From: Kofleriaceae bacterium
GTDB lineage: Bacteria; Myxococcota_A; Polyangia; Haliangiales; Haliangiaceae
Direction: 5' to 3'
Length of the DNA stretch: 64,000 nucleotides
Assembly (NCBI GenBank): GCA_020633495.1
Contig: JACKDR010000001.1
Location: 374,105 to 438,104, forward strand
The notes under the pieces: generated by a model
What the model was told of the DNA's origin: nothing
The model's database searches: none
Seen by the model: only the letters and a program-made list of their open reading frames with translations
Shown here: in pieces, positions 12,189 through 21,849 of the stretch
Numbering within the stretch: position 1 is the first letter of the stretch
Layout: the number at the start of each line of letters is the position of its first letter
Made by a program: the position numbers and the translations under genes

Positions 12189-13097
12189 TCACGGGAACGC
12201 GCGGGCCCGCCGGCGCTCGCGATCGAGCAGGTCGCGCTCGATGCGGGCGGCGTCGTCGAGCCGCGCCGGCGGCATCGCGATCCCGAGGACGACGTCGCGG
12301 ACGACCTCGACGACGTCGGGATCGGCGAGCAGGCGCTGGTGGCCGAGCCCCGCGGTCTCGACCAGCCGCGCCCCCGGCCACGCCTGGGCCGCGGCGACGC
12401 CGTCGGCGAACGGGACCTCGCGGTCGCCGCGGTCGTGGACCACGGTGAGCGCGGCGGTCAGCGCCGGCGCCAGGACCGGCCCGTCGAGCTCGTCGGGGCC
12501 GGCCTGGTTGATCGACGCCAGCTGGCTGCGGAACGCCGCCGCCGCCACCGGCGACAGGCCGACCGCCTCGACGAAGCGCTCGACCGCGGCGCTGACCCGG
12601 AACATCGGCGCCAGGTACACCACGCGGCGGGCCTGGAGGCCGCGCGCCATCGCCACCGTCGTGGCCGCGGCGCCGAACGAGTGCGCGACGACGGCGTCGA
12701 GCGGGCCGACCGCGTCGGCGACCGCGCGCACCGCGCGCGCCATCGCGGCCAGCGTCGTCGCCGGCCCGACGGTGTCGCCGTGCGCCGGCGCGTCGAACGC
12801 GACCACGGTGCGGCCGGCGTTGACCAGCGGCGACACCACGGCGCCGAGCTGGGCGCCGCGCCCGCCCCAGCCGTGGACCAGCAGCACGACCGGGCCGTCG
12901 CCGCCGCCCCACGCCCAGGTCGCGACGCGCTGACCGTCGAGCACGACCGGGATCGGGGTCGCGACCTCGAGCAGCGCGACCTCGCGCGCCGGCCGCGGCG
13001 GCCGCGGCGGGCTCAGGAACGCGCGCAGCGCCAGGTTGGCGGCCACCCGCGGCGACAGCCGGTCGGCGACGCCGAGGGCGGCGCGCAGCGCGGCCAT
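12189..13097 (-). CDS. Alpha/beta hydrolase.
   Basis: HGWGG motif, nucleophile elbow (AHSFGA), catalytic His (GLGHQRL). Start may instead be 13136. Confidence 0.7.
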   Translation of the reverse strand: MAALRAALGVADRLSPRVAANLALRAFLSPPRPPRPAREVALLEVATPIPVVLDGQRVATWAWGGGDGPVVLLVHGWGGRGAQLGAVVSPLVNAGRTVVAFDAPAHGDTVGPATTLAAMARAVRAVADAVGPLDAVVAHSFGAAATTVAMARGLQARRVVYLAPMFRVSAAVERFVEAVGLSPVAAAAFRSQLASINQAGPDELDGPVLAPALTAALTVVHDRGDREVPFADGVAAAQAWPGARLVETAGLGHQRLLADPDVVEVVRDVVLGIAMPPARLDDAARIERDLLDRERRRARAFP

Positions 13098-13100
13098 TTC

Positions 13101-13123
13101 AGAGCGAACGTTCGTACTATTTT
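13101..13123. promoter_or_regulatory. TetR-type operator-like inverted repeat (core AATAGTACGAACGTTC) in front of the hydrolase gene.
   Basis: Near-identical copy of the site at 13779-13802 but in opposite orientation. Contains the palindrome GAACGTTC. Confidence 0.45.
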
Positions 13124-13187
13124 CGGGGCGATGCATGGCTCTCCTCCTCGGGACGTGAAGGGGACGGATCGGGGCGGTGGCTCGGGC

Positions 13188-13772
13188 TCAGCGCGCGGCG
13201 TCGATCAGCGCGTCGAGGGCGCGGCGGGCGCGCGCCGTCGCTTCCGGATCCTCGACCAGGCGGGTCATCGTGTGCAGCGCCAGCATGACGCCGTAGGCGC
13301 CGAACGCGAGCTGCTCGGGGTCGGCGTCGCGGCGCAGGTGGCCCTCGGCGATCGCGACCCGCGCCGCGGTGGCCAGGCTGTCGAGCCAGTCGCGGATCGT
13401 CGCCGCCAGGGCGTCGCGCGCCGGGCCGGGCCGGTCGTCGAGCTCCGCGGCCAGGGCGACGAACAGGCAGCCGCCGGCGTGGCTGCCCCAGCGCATCCAG
13501 CGCTCGAACAGGGCGCGCAGGCGCGGCTCGCCGCGCGGCGCCTTGAGCGCGGGCGCGACGACCTCGGCGACGAAGCGATCCCGCGCGTGCTCGACGACCG
13601 CGACCTCGAGCGCGTCCTTGGAGCCGAAGTGGGCGAACAGCCCGCTCTTCGACAGCTCGAGCGCGCCGGCGAGCTGCCCGATGCTCAGGCCCTGCAGCCC
13701 GACGGTGCGCGCCAGCTCGGTCGCGCGGTCGAGGATGGCCTGGCGGGTGGTCTCGCCCTTGGTCGTCGCCAT
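13188..13772 (-). CDS. TetR family transcriptional regulator.
   Basis: N-terminal HTH (TRQAILDRATELARTVGLQGLSIGQLAGALELSKSGLFAHFGSKDAL). Confidence 0.85.
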   Translation of the reverse strand: MATTKGETTRQAILDRATELARTVGLQGLSIGQLAGALELSKSGLFAHFGSKDALEVAVVEHARDRFVAEVVAPALKAPRGEPRLRALFERWMRWGSHAGGCLFVALAAELDDRPGPARDALAATIRDWLDSLATAARVAIAEGHLRRDADPEQLAFGAYGVMLALHTMTRLVEDPEATARARRALDALIDAAR

Positions 13773-13778
13773 GGACCC

Positions 13779-13802
13779 AGAATAGTACGGACGTTCTATT
13801 TT
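13779..13802. promoter_or_regulatory. TetR operator-like site (AATAGTACGGACGTTCTATT) 7 nt upstream of the tetR start.
   Basis: AATAG...CTATT inverted repeat. Duplicated at 13101-13123. Confidence 0.45.
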
Positions 13803-13863
13803 GCAAGCCCCGTGATCGCCGCCGGGGCGGCCCTTCCCCCCACGGCCCGGCCCGCCCCAGGCA

Positions 13864-14826
13864 TCACGAGTACTTGACCGCCAGGGCGTCCTCGGCGAGC
13901 TCGTCGAACGACATCTGCTGGGCGCGCGCCAGCTCGTCGTCGGTGAACTGCACGGTGGCGGCCCGGGCCTCGCCGCCGAGCAGCCGCAGCAGCAGGCCGC
14001 CGAAGATCGGGCCGATCACCGGGTGGTTGAACGCCTCCTGGACCCGCAGCATGAACCGGGTGAACGGCAGGCGCGCCAGCTGGGGCTTGCGCGCCAGCAG
14101 CTGCATGCGCTTGAACGCCTCGAGGATGCGCTTGCCGCCCGGATCGGTCTTGTCCATCGGCTCGAGGAAGACGCCGCGCATGAACGGCTGGGCGTGGAAC
14201 AGCATCACCGCGAGCGCCCGCCAGCCGCGCGCCCGGTCGCGCAGCGGCGGCTTCGGGCGCCGCGCCCGCGCCGCCAGGAACTCGTCGGTCGCGTACTTCT
14301 CGGTCATGTGGAAGTCGATCGCGATGTGCCGCGACTCGTCGCGGTTGATCAGGTGCATCGCCTGGTGGCTCATCTGATCGCCGACGTAGTCGTCGAGCGA
14401 GCGCAAGAGCGCGACGTCGAGCATCAGCTCGCCGGCGGTGATGTACGCGGTCGCGATCTCCGGCGGCATCAGCTCGACGACGCGCAGGAAGTGGGGCCGG
14501 AACTTCACCAGCGCCGGGTTCATCTCGTAGCGCCGGAGGTGGCGGACGTCGTAGTAGCGGGCCAGCCGCTCGGCGGCGACCGCGTGCCGCTCCTCGTCGA
14601 CCACGAAGCTGTCGAAGATCGCGCGCAGCACCGGGTCGTCGGCCTGGCGGGCCTGGGTGGCGAACAGCGCGCCGGCGAGGCGCTCGATCCCGGCCATGTC
14701 GGTGAAGTACTGGCAGACCGCCTCCTCCTTGTCGCGCGGCAACGTCGGCGGCGGCCGGGACCAGTCGAGGTCGTCGACCGACCACTGGTCGCGCCGGCAC
14801 TTCTCGAGCATGCGTCCGAGATCCAT
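13864..14826 (-). CDS. Ferritin-like di-iron oxygenase (AurF / p-aminobenzoate N-oxygenase-like family).
   Basis: Two E...ExxH motifs (VVDEERHAVAAE and NRDESRHIAIDFH). Confidence 0.55.
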   Translation of the reverse strand: MDLGRMLEKCRRDQWSVDDLDWSRPPPTLPRDKEEAVCQYFTDMAGIERLAGALFATQARQADDPVLRAIFDSFVVDEERHAVAAERLARYYDVRHLRRYEMNPALVKFRPHFLRVVELMPPEIATAYITAGELMLDVALLRSLDDYVGDQMSHQAMHLINRDESRHIAIDFHMTEKYATDEFLAARARRPKPPLRDRARGWRALAVMLFHAQPFMRGVFLEPMDKTDPGGKRILEAFKRMQLLARKPQLARLPFTRFMLRVQEAFNHPVIGPIFGGLLLRLLGGEARAATVQFTDDELARAQQMSFDELAEDALAVKYS

Positions 14827-14897
14827 GGCGTCCTCCCTGAGGCGGCCCGACGCGAGGCCGGCGCCACCGCCATTCTAGCGTCGCGACCCCGACCGGG

Positions 14898-15923
14898 TCA
14901 CTCGAACATGACCTCGGCGAGCGGCCGACGCGGCGTCGGCGGCACCTCGGGACCGACGCCGAAGCGCAGCACCAGCTGCGGGTAGCCGTGGCGACGCGCG
15001 GCGTCGCCGACCCGCGGCCGGATCTCGGCCTCCTCGAGCGCCTGGTTGAGGAACGACGCCGACAGCCCGACGCTGGTCGCCCGCAGCAGCACCGCCTGCA
15101 TCGCCTGCCCCGCCGCCAGCCAGTCCGACGGGTCGTCGAGGTCGGTGCCGAGCACCGCGAGCAGCGGCGACGCGGTCGCCAGCTCGGCCTCGCGCGCGGC
15201 GATGCCGCCGCCGCGATCGAACGATCGCACCAGCAGCGTCGCGGCCAGCGGGATCGCGGTCATGACGTCCTTCTTGATCATCGGGATGCCGTCGCGGCGG
15301 CCGCTGCCGCGCGGCACCAGCCAGCGCGCCAGCTCGTCGCGGAACGCGGGGTCGGCGAACTGCTTGCGATCCGCGGTCGCCACCAGGTCGGCGACCGCGA
15401 GCTTGTCGTGCGGGTGCAGCCGGCACAGCCACGCGCCCTCGGCGCCGGCGTCGTGGGCCAGCTCGTCGGCGATCACCGCGCTGACCGGCCGCGGCAGGTA
15501 CGCGGCGCGGCTGGTGCGGCGGCGCGGGATCGCCGCGAACAGCGCCTCGTCGCGCTCGGTCGGCGTGATCGGGCCACGCGATCGCAGCACCGCGAGCAGA
15601 TCGGGGTGGGTGGCGGACGGCAGCAGGTCGACGTCGTCGGCGTGGCCGTGGCGGCGCAGCGCGATCCGCAGGTTGAACAGCGCGGCGCCGCAGCTCATCA
15701 GCAGCTGCCGGTGGGTCGGATCGATGCGCGGCAGGATGCGGCCCGGATCGGACCACACCTCGATCGCGTCGCCGGTGACGCGGAACCGCCACGGCTGCGT
15801 GTTGTGGGTGCTGGGCGCGAGGATCGCGTAGCGCACCAGGGTGCGCAGGAGCTCGGGGAGCGGCGTGTCGTGGGCGACCTCGTCGGTGGCCACGTCCCAC
15901 GCCTCGATGCCGGGACCATGCAT
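14898..15923 (-). CDS. Nitroreductase-family protein (two-domain type).
   Basis: Motif APSTHNTQPWRF. ATG (MHGPG) chosen over the R-rich 5' extension of ORF 14898-16109. Confidence 0.68.
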   Translation of the reverse strand: MHGPGIEAWDVATDEVAHDTPLPELLRTLVRYAILAPSTHNTQPWRFRVTGDAIEVWSDPGRILPRIDPTHRQLLMSCGAALFNLRIALRRHGHADDVDLLPSATHPDLLAVLRSRGPITPTERDEALFAAIPRRRTSRAAYLPRPVSAVIADELAHDAGAEGAWLCRLHPHDKLAVADLVATADRKQFADPAFRDELARWLVPRGSGRRDGIPMIKKDVMTAIPLAATLLVRSFDRGGGIAAREAELATASPLLAVLGTDLDDPSDWLAAGQAMQAVLLRATSVGLSASFLNQALEEAEIRPRVGDAARRHGYPQLVLRFGVGPEVPPTPRRPLAEVMFE

Positions 15924-16047
15924 GCCCCGTCGGTGAAGCAAGCCGCGGGCCGCGCGGCGACACGCTCGCGCGCCGCGATTCGCGCAAAGCTTGCGCGACG
16001 GCCCCGCGCGCGCCCGATTTGCGCCGCCGATCGGCGACCCTCTGGGG

Positions 16048-17054
16048 ATGTCCACCCCAGCGGTCCCCCCGGCGCTCGCGCGACGGCTGGCCGGGATGCT
16101 CGCCGGCAACCTGCGCCGCGAGTATCCCAGCCAGCTGTCCCACCGGCTGTTCGACGACGGCGACGTCCGGCCGCCGCGCCAGCTGACCCCGGTGTTCTTC
16201 GGCTGCTACGACTGGCACTCGGCGGTGCACTCGCACTGGGCGCTGGCCCGGCTGCGCGGCGCCGGCGCCGAGCCGCGCGCGATCGCCGACGCCGCGCTGG
16301 CGTCGTCGATCACCGAGGCCGGCGTCGCCGGCGAGCTGGCCTACCTGCAGCGCCGCGCCGCCTTCGAGCGCCCGTACGGGCTGGCCTGGCTGCTGGTGCT
16401 GGCCGCCGAGCTGCGCGCCGGCGCGCCGGCGCTGGCGACGACGCTGGCGCCGCTCGAGGCGCTGGCCGCGGCCCGGCTGGTGGCGTGGGCGCGCGAGCTG
16501 CCGGCGCCGATCCGCAGCGGCGAGCACGCCCAGAGCGCCTTCGCGCTCGGGCTCGCGCTCGACTGGGCCCGCGCCACCGGCGACGGCGACGCCGCCGCGG
16601 CCATCACCGCCGCGGCCGAGCGCCTGCACGGCGACGAGCGCGACGCGCCGCTGCACTGGGAGCCCAGCGCCCACGACTTCCTGTCGCCCGCCCTCGGCGC
16701 CGCGGCGCTGATGGCGCGGGTCCGGCCCCGGCGCGGCTCGCGGCCTGGCTCGACGGCTTCGCGCCCACCCTCAGGCGCAGCGCGGCCCTGGCGCCGCCGG
16801 CGGCGCGCGATCGCGGTGACGGCAAGCTGGTCCACTGGGACGGCCTGGCGCTGTCGCGCGCCTGGATGCTGGCCGAGCTCGCCGCCGCCCTGCCCGACGA
16901 CGATCCGCGCCGCGCCGCGCTGGCGGCGCACGCCGCCGCCCACGGCACCGCCGGCGTCGCCGCGCTCGACGACATGAGCTACGCCGGCGCCCACTGGCTG
17001 CCGACGTTCGCGATCTACTGGCTCGCCGGCGCCGCCGCAGCGCCGCCGCGGTAG
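16048..17054 (+). pseudogene. DUF2891-family protein with a frameshift near 16735 (could be a sequencing indel).
   Basis: N-terminal part (FGCYDWHSAVHSHWALARL) is in ORF 15991-16977. The C-terminal part (AAWLDGFAP...HWLPTFAIYWLAG) is in a second frame of ORF 14988-17054. Confidence 0.5.
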
Positions 17055-17064
17055 GCTCCGCGCC

Positions 17065-17862
17065 ATGGCGACGATCCAGCGCGGCGGCTCCTCGATCTAC
17101 TACGAGGTCACCGGGACCGGCCCGGCGATCGTGCTCGGCCACAGCCTCTTGTGCGACGTCGAGATGTGGCGCGGCGTCGCGCCGGCGCTGGCCGCGCACC
17201 ACACCGTGATCAACGTCGAGGCGCGCGGCCACCGCCGGTCGACCGCCGCGGCGCCGTTCACGCTCGAGGATCTGGCCGCCGACTGGCTGGCGATCCTCGA
17301 TCGCGAGGGCATCGATCGCGCCGTGCTGTGCGGCCTGTCGATGGGCGGCATGACCGCGATCCGGCTGGCCCTGGTCGCGCCGACGCGGGTCGCCGCGATG
17401 ATCCTGATCGACTCCAACGGCGACCGCGAGGAGCCGGCGAAGCGGGCCCAGTACGCCGCGATGGGCGCGATCTACCGGCGCCTCGGCATGCTGCGGCCGC
17501 TGGCCCGGCGCACCGCGACGATCATGCTGGGCCGCACGACCCTGGCGCGGCGCCCCGGGATGGTCGACGAGCTGCGCGCGGTGGTCGCCAACCACGACCG
17601 TCGCCAGATCCCGCGCGCGCTGCGCGCCGTGTTCGGGCGCGGCCCCATCCTCGACCGCCTCGGCGCGATCGCGTGCCCGACGCTGGTGCTGGTCGGCGAC
17701 GAGGATCGCGCGACCCCGGTCGTCAAGTCGGAGCGGCTGGCGTCGGCGATCCCGGGCGCCCGCCTCGAGATCGTGCCCGAGGTCGGCCACCTTTCCGCGC
17801 TCGAGGACCCGGCCGCGATCCTGGCCCGGATCGAGCCGTTCCTCGCCGACCTCGACGGCTGA
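17065..17862 (+). CDS. Alpha/beta hydrolase.
   Basis: GLSMGG nucleophile elbow. 265 aa, clean ORF. Confidence 0.8.
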   Translation: MATIQRGGSSIYYEVTGTGPAIVLGHSLLCDVEMWRGVAPALAAHHTVINVEARGHRRSTAAAPFTLEDLAADWLAILDREGIDRAVLCGLSMGGMTAIRLALVAPTRVAAMILIDSNGDREEPAKRAQYAAMGAIYRRLGMLRPLARRTATIMLGRTTLARRPGMVDELRAVVANHDRRQIPRALRAVFGRGPILDRLGAIACPTLVLVGDEDRATPVVKSERLASAIPGARLEIVPEVGHLSALEDPAAILARIEPFLADLDG

Positions 17863-17878
17863 GCTAAGCTTCGCGGGC

Positions 17879-18346
17879 ATGGCCGAGCCCGTCCCCAGCG
17901 CCCCGCGCGCCCCCGCCGACCCCGCCGCCGCCGACGACGCGGCGCCGGTGCCGGCGCGGCTGATCCTCTACGACGGCGTCTGCGGCCTGTGCAGCCGGTC
18001 GGTGCGGTGGCTGATCAAGCGCGATCGCGACCGTGCGCTCCGCTACGCGCCGCTGCAGGGCGACACCGCGACCCGCCTGCGGGCGCGCCACCCCGAGATC
18101 CCGACCACGCTCGAGAGCGTCGTGCTGATCGTCGACGGCAAGGTCTACCTGCGCAGCAAGGCGTTCCTGTACGCGGCCCGGTACCTGACCCGGCCGTGGC
18201 GCTGGGCCTACCACCTCCGGTGGCTGCCCGGCTTCCTGCTCGACCTCGGCTACCGCCTGATCGCGCGGCTGCGCTACCGCATCTGGGGCAAGCACGACAG
18301 CTGCGAGCTGCCGGCGCCCGACGAGCGGGCCCTGTTCCTGCCGTAG
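17879..18346 (+). CDS. Thiol-disulfide oxidoreductase DCC family (DUF393).
   Basis: LYDGVCGLCSRSVRW motif. Confidence 0.75.
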   Translation: MAEPVPSAPRAPADPAAADDAAPVPARLILYDGVCGLCSRSVRWLIKRDRDRALRYAPLQGDTATRLRARHPEIPTTLESVVLIVDGKVYLRSKAFLYAARYLTRPWRWAYHLRWLPGFLLDLGYRLIARLRYRIWGKHDSCELPAPDERALFLP

Positions 18347-18378
18347 CCGCGCCCCCGGCGGCGGCGCACCCGCCGGCA

Positions 18379-19617
18379 TCAGCTCAGCAGCGCCGCCAGC
18401 TCGAGCAGCGGCACCTCCTCGCCCGGCTTGTCGGCCTCGTTGAGCTCGGCGTCGATCAGGTGCAGGACCGCGCTGCCGCGCGCCGCGGCGCGGACGCCGG
18501 CGTGGTAGGTGACGGCGTCGCCGTCGACGATCAGCGTGCGCAGGCCGCCTCGGGTCAGGGCCGCGGCGTCGGGCGCGATCCAGCCGCGCAGCTCGGTGAG
18601 GCACTTGCGGTGGTTGGTGTGGCCGGCGATCTGGGCCAGACCGGCGGGCAGCTCGCGGGGGTGGAAGCGGCGCCGCCGCGGGTCGGTCTCCCACGCCCGG
18701 TCGACCCGATCGGCGGCGGTCGGCGGGCGGTCCGGGTTCGACGGCCGGTGATAGAGCAGCCCGCCGCCCTCGTCGGGCTGGCGCCCCGGCAGGTGCAGCG
18801 GCGCCAGATCGAGCGGGTCGAGGCGGCCGGCCTGCCACGCCGCGCGCCGGGCCTCGACCGCGGCGGCGAGGTGGCGATCGAGCGCCGCCGCCAGCTCGAC
18901 CGCGCCGGTGCCGACGCCGAGCTGGTCGACCTCGCGCGTGGTCACGCCGGCGTGGGTCAACAGCGCGGTGCGGCCGTCGCCGAGGCGCCCGGCGGCGGCG
19001 AGCCGGAACCTCCCGGCCAGGAGCATCGCCATCACCAGCGCGCGCTGCGCCTCGCCGTACGAGGCGTAGTCGCGCGCGATCAGGCCGGGGGTCGGCACCT
19101 CGGGGAACGCGGGCTCGAACTCGGCGCGCAGCCGGCGCCGGTACTCGTCGGGCACCGCGCTGGCCAGCGGCGCCAGCGCGGCCGCCGCGGCCTGGGCCGC
19201 GGCGAAGCGGGCGTCCGACAGCCCGATCAGCTCCTGGACCCGCGCGACGTCGTGGTTGCCCGCCAGGATCACCGCCTGCTGCGGGTGGTGCTCGGCGAGC
19301 CAGCGCAGGATCGCGGTGCCGTCGCGGCGGGGATCGGTGTCGTCGTGCGATCGGTAGTCGAAGTGATCGCCGATCGACACCAGCTGGACGTCGTCGGCCA
19401 GGAAGCCGTCGATGCCGAGCAGCTCGTGGGCGACCAGGACCTCGACGAAGCGCTCCAGCGAGGTCTGCGGATCGCCGATCACGCGCACCCGGGTCGGCGG
19501 CCGCGGCGGCGCCGGCCGGGGCGCCGCGAGCGGCTTGCCCGCCAGCTCGCGGGCGCGGGCCACGGTCGCGGTGAAGGTGAGGCTGATTCCGCCGCTGAGG
19601 TCCGATCGCATCGGCAT
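18379..19617 (-). CDS. Metallophosphoesterase (calcineurin-like).
   Basis: GDHFD and GNHD motifs. The true start may be downstream (GTG at VRVIGDP). Confidence 0.68.
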   Translation of the reverse strand: MPMRSDLSGGISLTFTATVARARELAGKPLAAPRPAPPRPPTRVRVIGDPQTSLERFVEVLVAHELLGIDGFLADDVQLVSIGDHFDYRSHDDTDPRRDGTAILRWLAEHHPQQAVILAGNHDVARVQELIGLSDARFAAAQAAAAALAPLASAVPDEYRRRLRAEFEPAFPEVPTPGLIARDYASYGEAQRALVMAMLLAGRFRLAAAGRLGDGRTALLTHAGVTTREVDQLGVGTGAVELAAALDRHLAAAVEARRAAWQAGRLDPLDLAPLHLPGRQPDEGGGLLYHRPSNPDRPPTAADRVDRAWETDPRRRRFHPRELPAGLAQIAGHTNHRKCLTELRGWIAPDAAALTRGGLRTLIVDGDAVTYHAGVRAAARGSAVLHLIDAELNEADKPGEEVPLLELAALLS

Positions 19618-19626
19618 TGGTAGATC

Positions 19627-21036
19627 CTACTTTCCTCCGCCTTTGGGGCGGGCTGTCGCAAGACCCCCGTTCAAACCGTGCGTGCGGATTTCCCGCACAC
19701 GGCTTACCGGTGGTCGGTCAGGGAGCGGCATCGTACGGTCGCCGGGATAGCGGACAGTCCCGCGCAAGCGGTGGAGCCCGAGGCGAACGAACTCATCGCG
19801 GGTCCAGCGCGCCATCTCGCCGGGCCGCAGGTTCCGGCCCTTGCGCTTGCGCACCAGGGCACGGAGCCGCTGCCAGACGTAGCTGTCGAGCTGATTGAAC
19901 TTCCGCGCGGCGTTGCCGGTCTTGAAGTAGTTGCCCCAGCCGCGCAGCACCGGGTTGAGCGTCGCGATCGTCTCGCGAAAATCCCGGTGACACGCCGCTC
20001 GCGGGGTCAACTCCTTCACGCGCTGACGCACCCGCTTCATGCTCCGGTCCGACGGCCAGCGCTGCAGGAAGTAGCGTCGCTTCTTCTCCGCGGCCCAGAT
20101 CCGTCCCGACATGCGCTTGTGCAGGTGACACCCCAGGAAGTCGAAGCCCGCCTTTCCGTCGGCAAGCTCGACTCTCCGGGTCTTCTCCGGGTGCAGTTCC
20201 AGCTTCAGACGCTTGAAGATGATCTTCACGCACCGTTCCGCTTCCTCGACCTTCGCCTTCGTATCGCACAGGATGACGAAGTCGTCCGCGTACCGGACGA
20301 GCGTCCCCAGGTGGGCACACTGCCTCGTCCACCGCTCGTCGAGGAACGCCAGGTAGATGTTCGAGAGCAACGGCGAGATCACGCCGCCCTGCGGCACTCC
20401 GCTGAGCATCGCGATCGCGCGCCCCTCCTCCATCACCCCGGCCTCGAGCCACATCCGGATCAGCCTCAGCACCCGCCGGTCGCTCACCCGCCGCCTCACG
20501 CGCTCCATCAACACCCCGTGATCGAGGCTACCGAAGAAGTCGTGGATATCGGCGTCCAGCACGTGGTTGCCCCCGCGCGCCCCTCGGACGCGCAGGACCT
20601 CCAGCGCCTGCGTCGCGCTGCGACCGGGCCGGAACCCGTATGAGCAGTCCTGGAAGTCGACCTCGAAGATCGGCTCGAGCACCAGCTTCGTCGCCGCCTG
20701 CACCACGCGATCGCGCACCGTCGGGATCCCCAGTCCTCGCCGTCCTCCGTTCGCTTTCGGGATCCAGCACCGCCGCACCGCTTGCGGTCGGTACGTGCCT
20801 GCGCGGAGCCGCTCGCCGAGATCCGCGATGAACGCGTCCTCGCCGAGCGTGCGGATCGCGGCAATCGACTCCTCGTCGATACCCGCCGATCCACCGTTCC
20901 GCGCGACCCGCCTCCACGCTTCCCGGAGGATGTCAGCCCTCCAGATACGGTCGTACAGCGCGTGGAAGCGCCTTCCCGGCCCTCGCTTGGCCGCCTCCCC
21001 AGACGTCGTTGCAGCCGCTGCGTGGTCGACCGGCAT
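19627..21036 (-). CDS. Group II intron-encoded reverse transcriptase/maturase (IEP). En-minus: no HNH domain.
   Basis: RT motifs (PQGGVISPLLSNIYL, YADDFVI) and maturase X (LRGWGNYF). The C-terminal ~35 codons read through domain V. Confidence 0.88.
   Translation of the reverse strand: MPVDHAAAATTSGEAAKRGPGRRFHALYDRIWRADILREAWRRVARNGGSAGIDEESIAAIRTLGEDAFIADLGERLRAGTYRPQAVRRCWIPKANGGRRGLGIPTVRDRVVQAATKLVLEPIFEVDFQDCSYGFRPGRSATQALEVLRVRGARGGNHVLDADIHDFFGSLDHGVLMERVRRRVSDRRVLRLIRMWLEAGVMEEGRAIAMLSGVPQGGVISPLLSNIYLAFLDERWTRQCAHLGTLVRYADDFVILCDTKAKVEEAERCVKIIFKRLKLELHPEKTRRVELADGKAGFDFLGCHLHKRMSGRIWAAEKKRRYFLQRWPSDRSMKRVRQRVKELTPRAACHRDFRETIATLNPVLRGWGNYFKTGNAARKFNQLDSYVWQRLRALVRKRKGRNLRPGEMARWTRDEFVRLGLHRLRGTVRYPGDRTMPLPDRPPVSRVREIRTHGLNGGLATARPKGGGK
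19662..19695 (-). ncRNA. Group II intron domain V (catalytic hairpin with AGC triad and GAAA loop).
   Basis: Matches the D5 consensus GAGCCGUAUGCG-GNRA-CGCACGUACGGUUC closely. Confidence 0.65.
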
Positions 21037-21849
21037 ACGACGGTCGGGGAGTTGGATCGCCGGCGGGAGGGGTTACCTGTTCCGCGTTCCGCGACCATGC
21101 CCTTGTGCCTGCGGCCTTCGCCGTCATGACCACCCCAGGGACCCTTCCCTCCGCCGGCGTTCTGCGGCGCCGGCCTCCTCGGTACTACGATCCCTCGGAC
21201 TTCCGCTGCACCGCGGTCGCACCGGCACTCGGCCTCCTCGATTCGCGTCGCCCCGACAAGGGCCGTGCAGACGGATCTCCCGTGTTCCGTGCTTCTCCTT
21301 GAACGCGTGCTGCGCCCCCTACCCCGGAGGGACGCGACGACCGCTTCGGATCTCGATCGTCGCGCGTGGCCTTCGCCGTGACATGAGCGGCTCGGCTCCC
21401 CCATTGTTTCTCTGTCGAGACTGCAGGCTTCACTTCATGTTGCGGCCCGCGTTCTTGCTCCCCGGTGTTCCCGGGCTCCTGACGCCGCGCTTCGGCACCG
21501 AGGATCTCTCCTCGCTCCGGCGGCCTGCTACCCGGCGCTCCGACGCCTACCGGGACGGGACTTCCACCCGCTGGAGAAGCGCAGCAAGACGCATCCTGCC
21601 CCTGCGGGCCATCGGCGTCGTCACGGCGCACCATGATCGAAGCGTACTCCCAGCTCCCGGCCCGGCGGAGGTGTCCGATCCCCGGACGAATGTGACCCGG
21701 CTTCCCCGAAAAAAGCGCGATTCAGCGCAGTTGAACCGTGTTCCTTACCTCCCGTTAACACGCCGTGCATGTGGCGGACGCGTTCGCCCGCTAGCGTCCT
21801 TTCGCGTCGGGCAAGGACCTGCATCGCCCGACGAGGAGGAGAGGAACAG

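Larger units (their letters stand above)
19600..21631 (-). mobile_element. Group II intron (about 2 kb, ORF-containing). 5' end GTGCG at 21631. 3' end approximate (19600-19660).
   Basis: Minus-strand GTGCGCCGTGAC at 21631. RT/maturase ORF in domain IV. Canonical domain V (AAGCCGUGUGCGGGAAAUCCGCACGCACGGUUU) at 19662-19695, followed by a D6-like hairpin with a bulged A. Confidence 0.75.

Noticed and set aside
19527-19626. Group II domain V/VI expected downstream of the IEP stop
   Set aside because: No D5-like hairpin is present there; the region encodes the phosphoesterase N-terminus. D5 was instead found inside the 3' end of the IEP ORF (19662-19695).
19678-21404. Several plus-strand ORFs inside the group II intron (19678-20643, 20508-21404 and others)
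   Set aside because: They lie antisense to the well-supported RT/maturase and intron RNA domains.
21632-21760. Hairpin plus A-tract (ccccggacgaatgtgacccggcttccccgaaaaaagcgcg) as the intron's IIC-type terminator target
   Set aside because: The orientation is wrong for a minus-strand terminator (U-tract would precede the hairpin). More likely it is part of the divergent porin promoter region or 5' exon.
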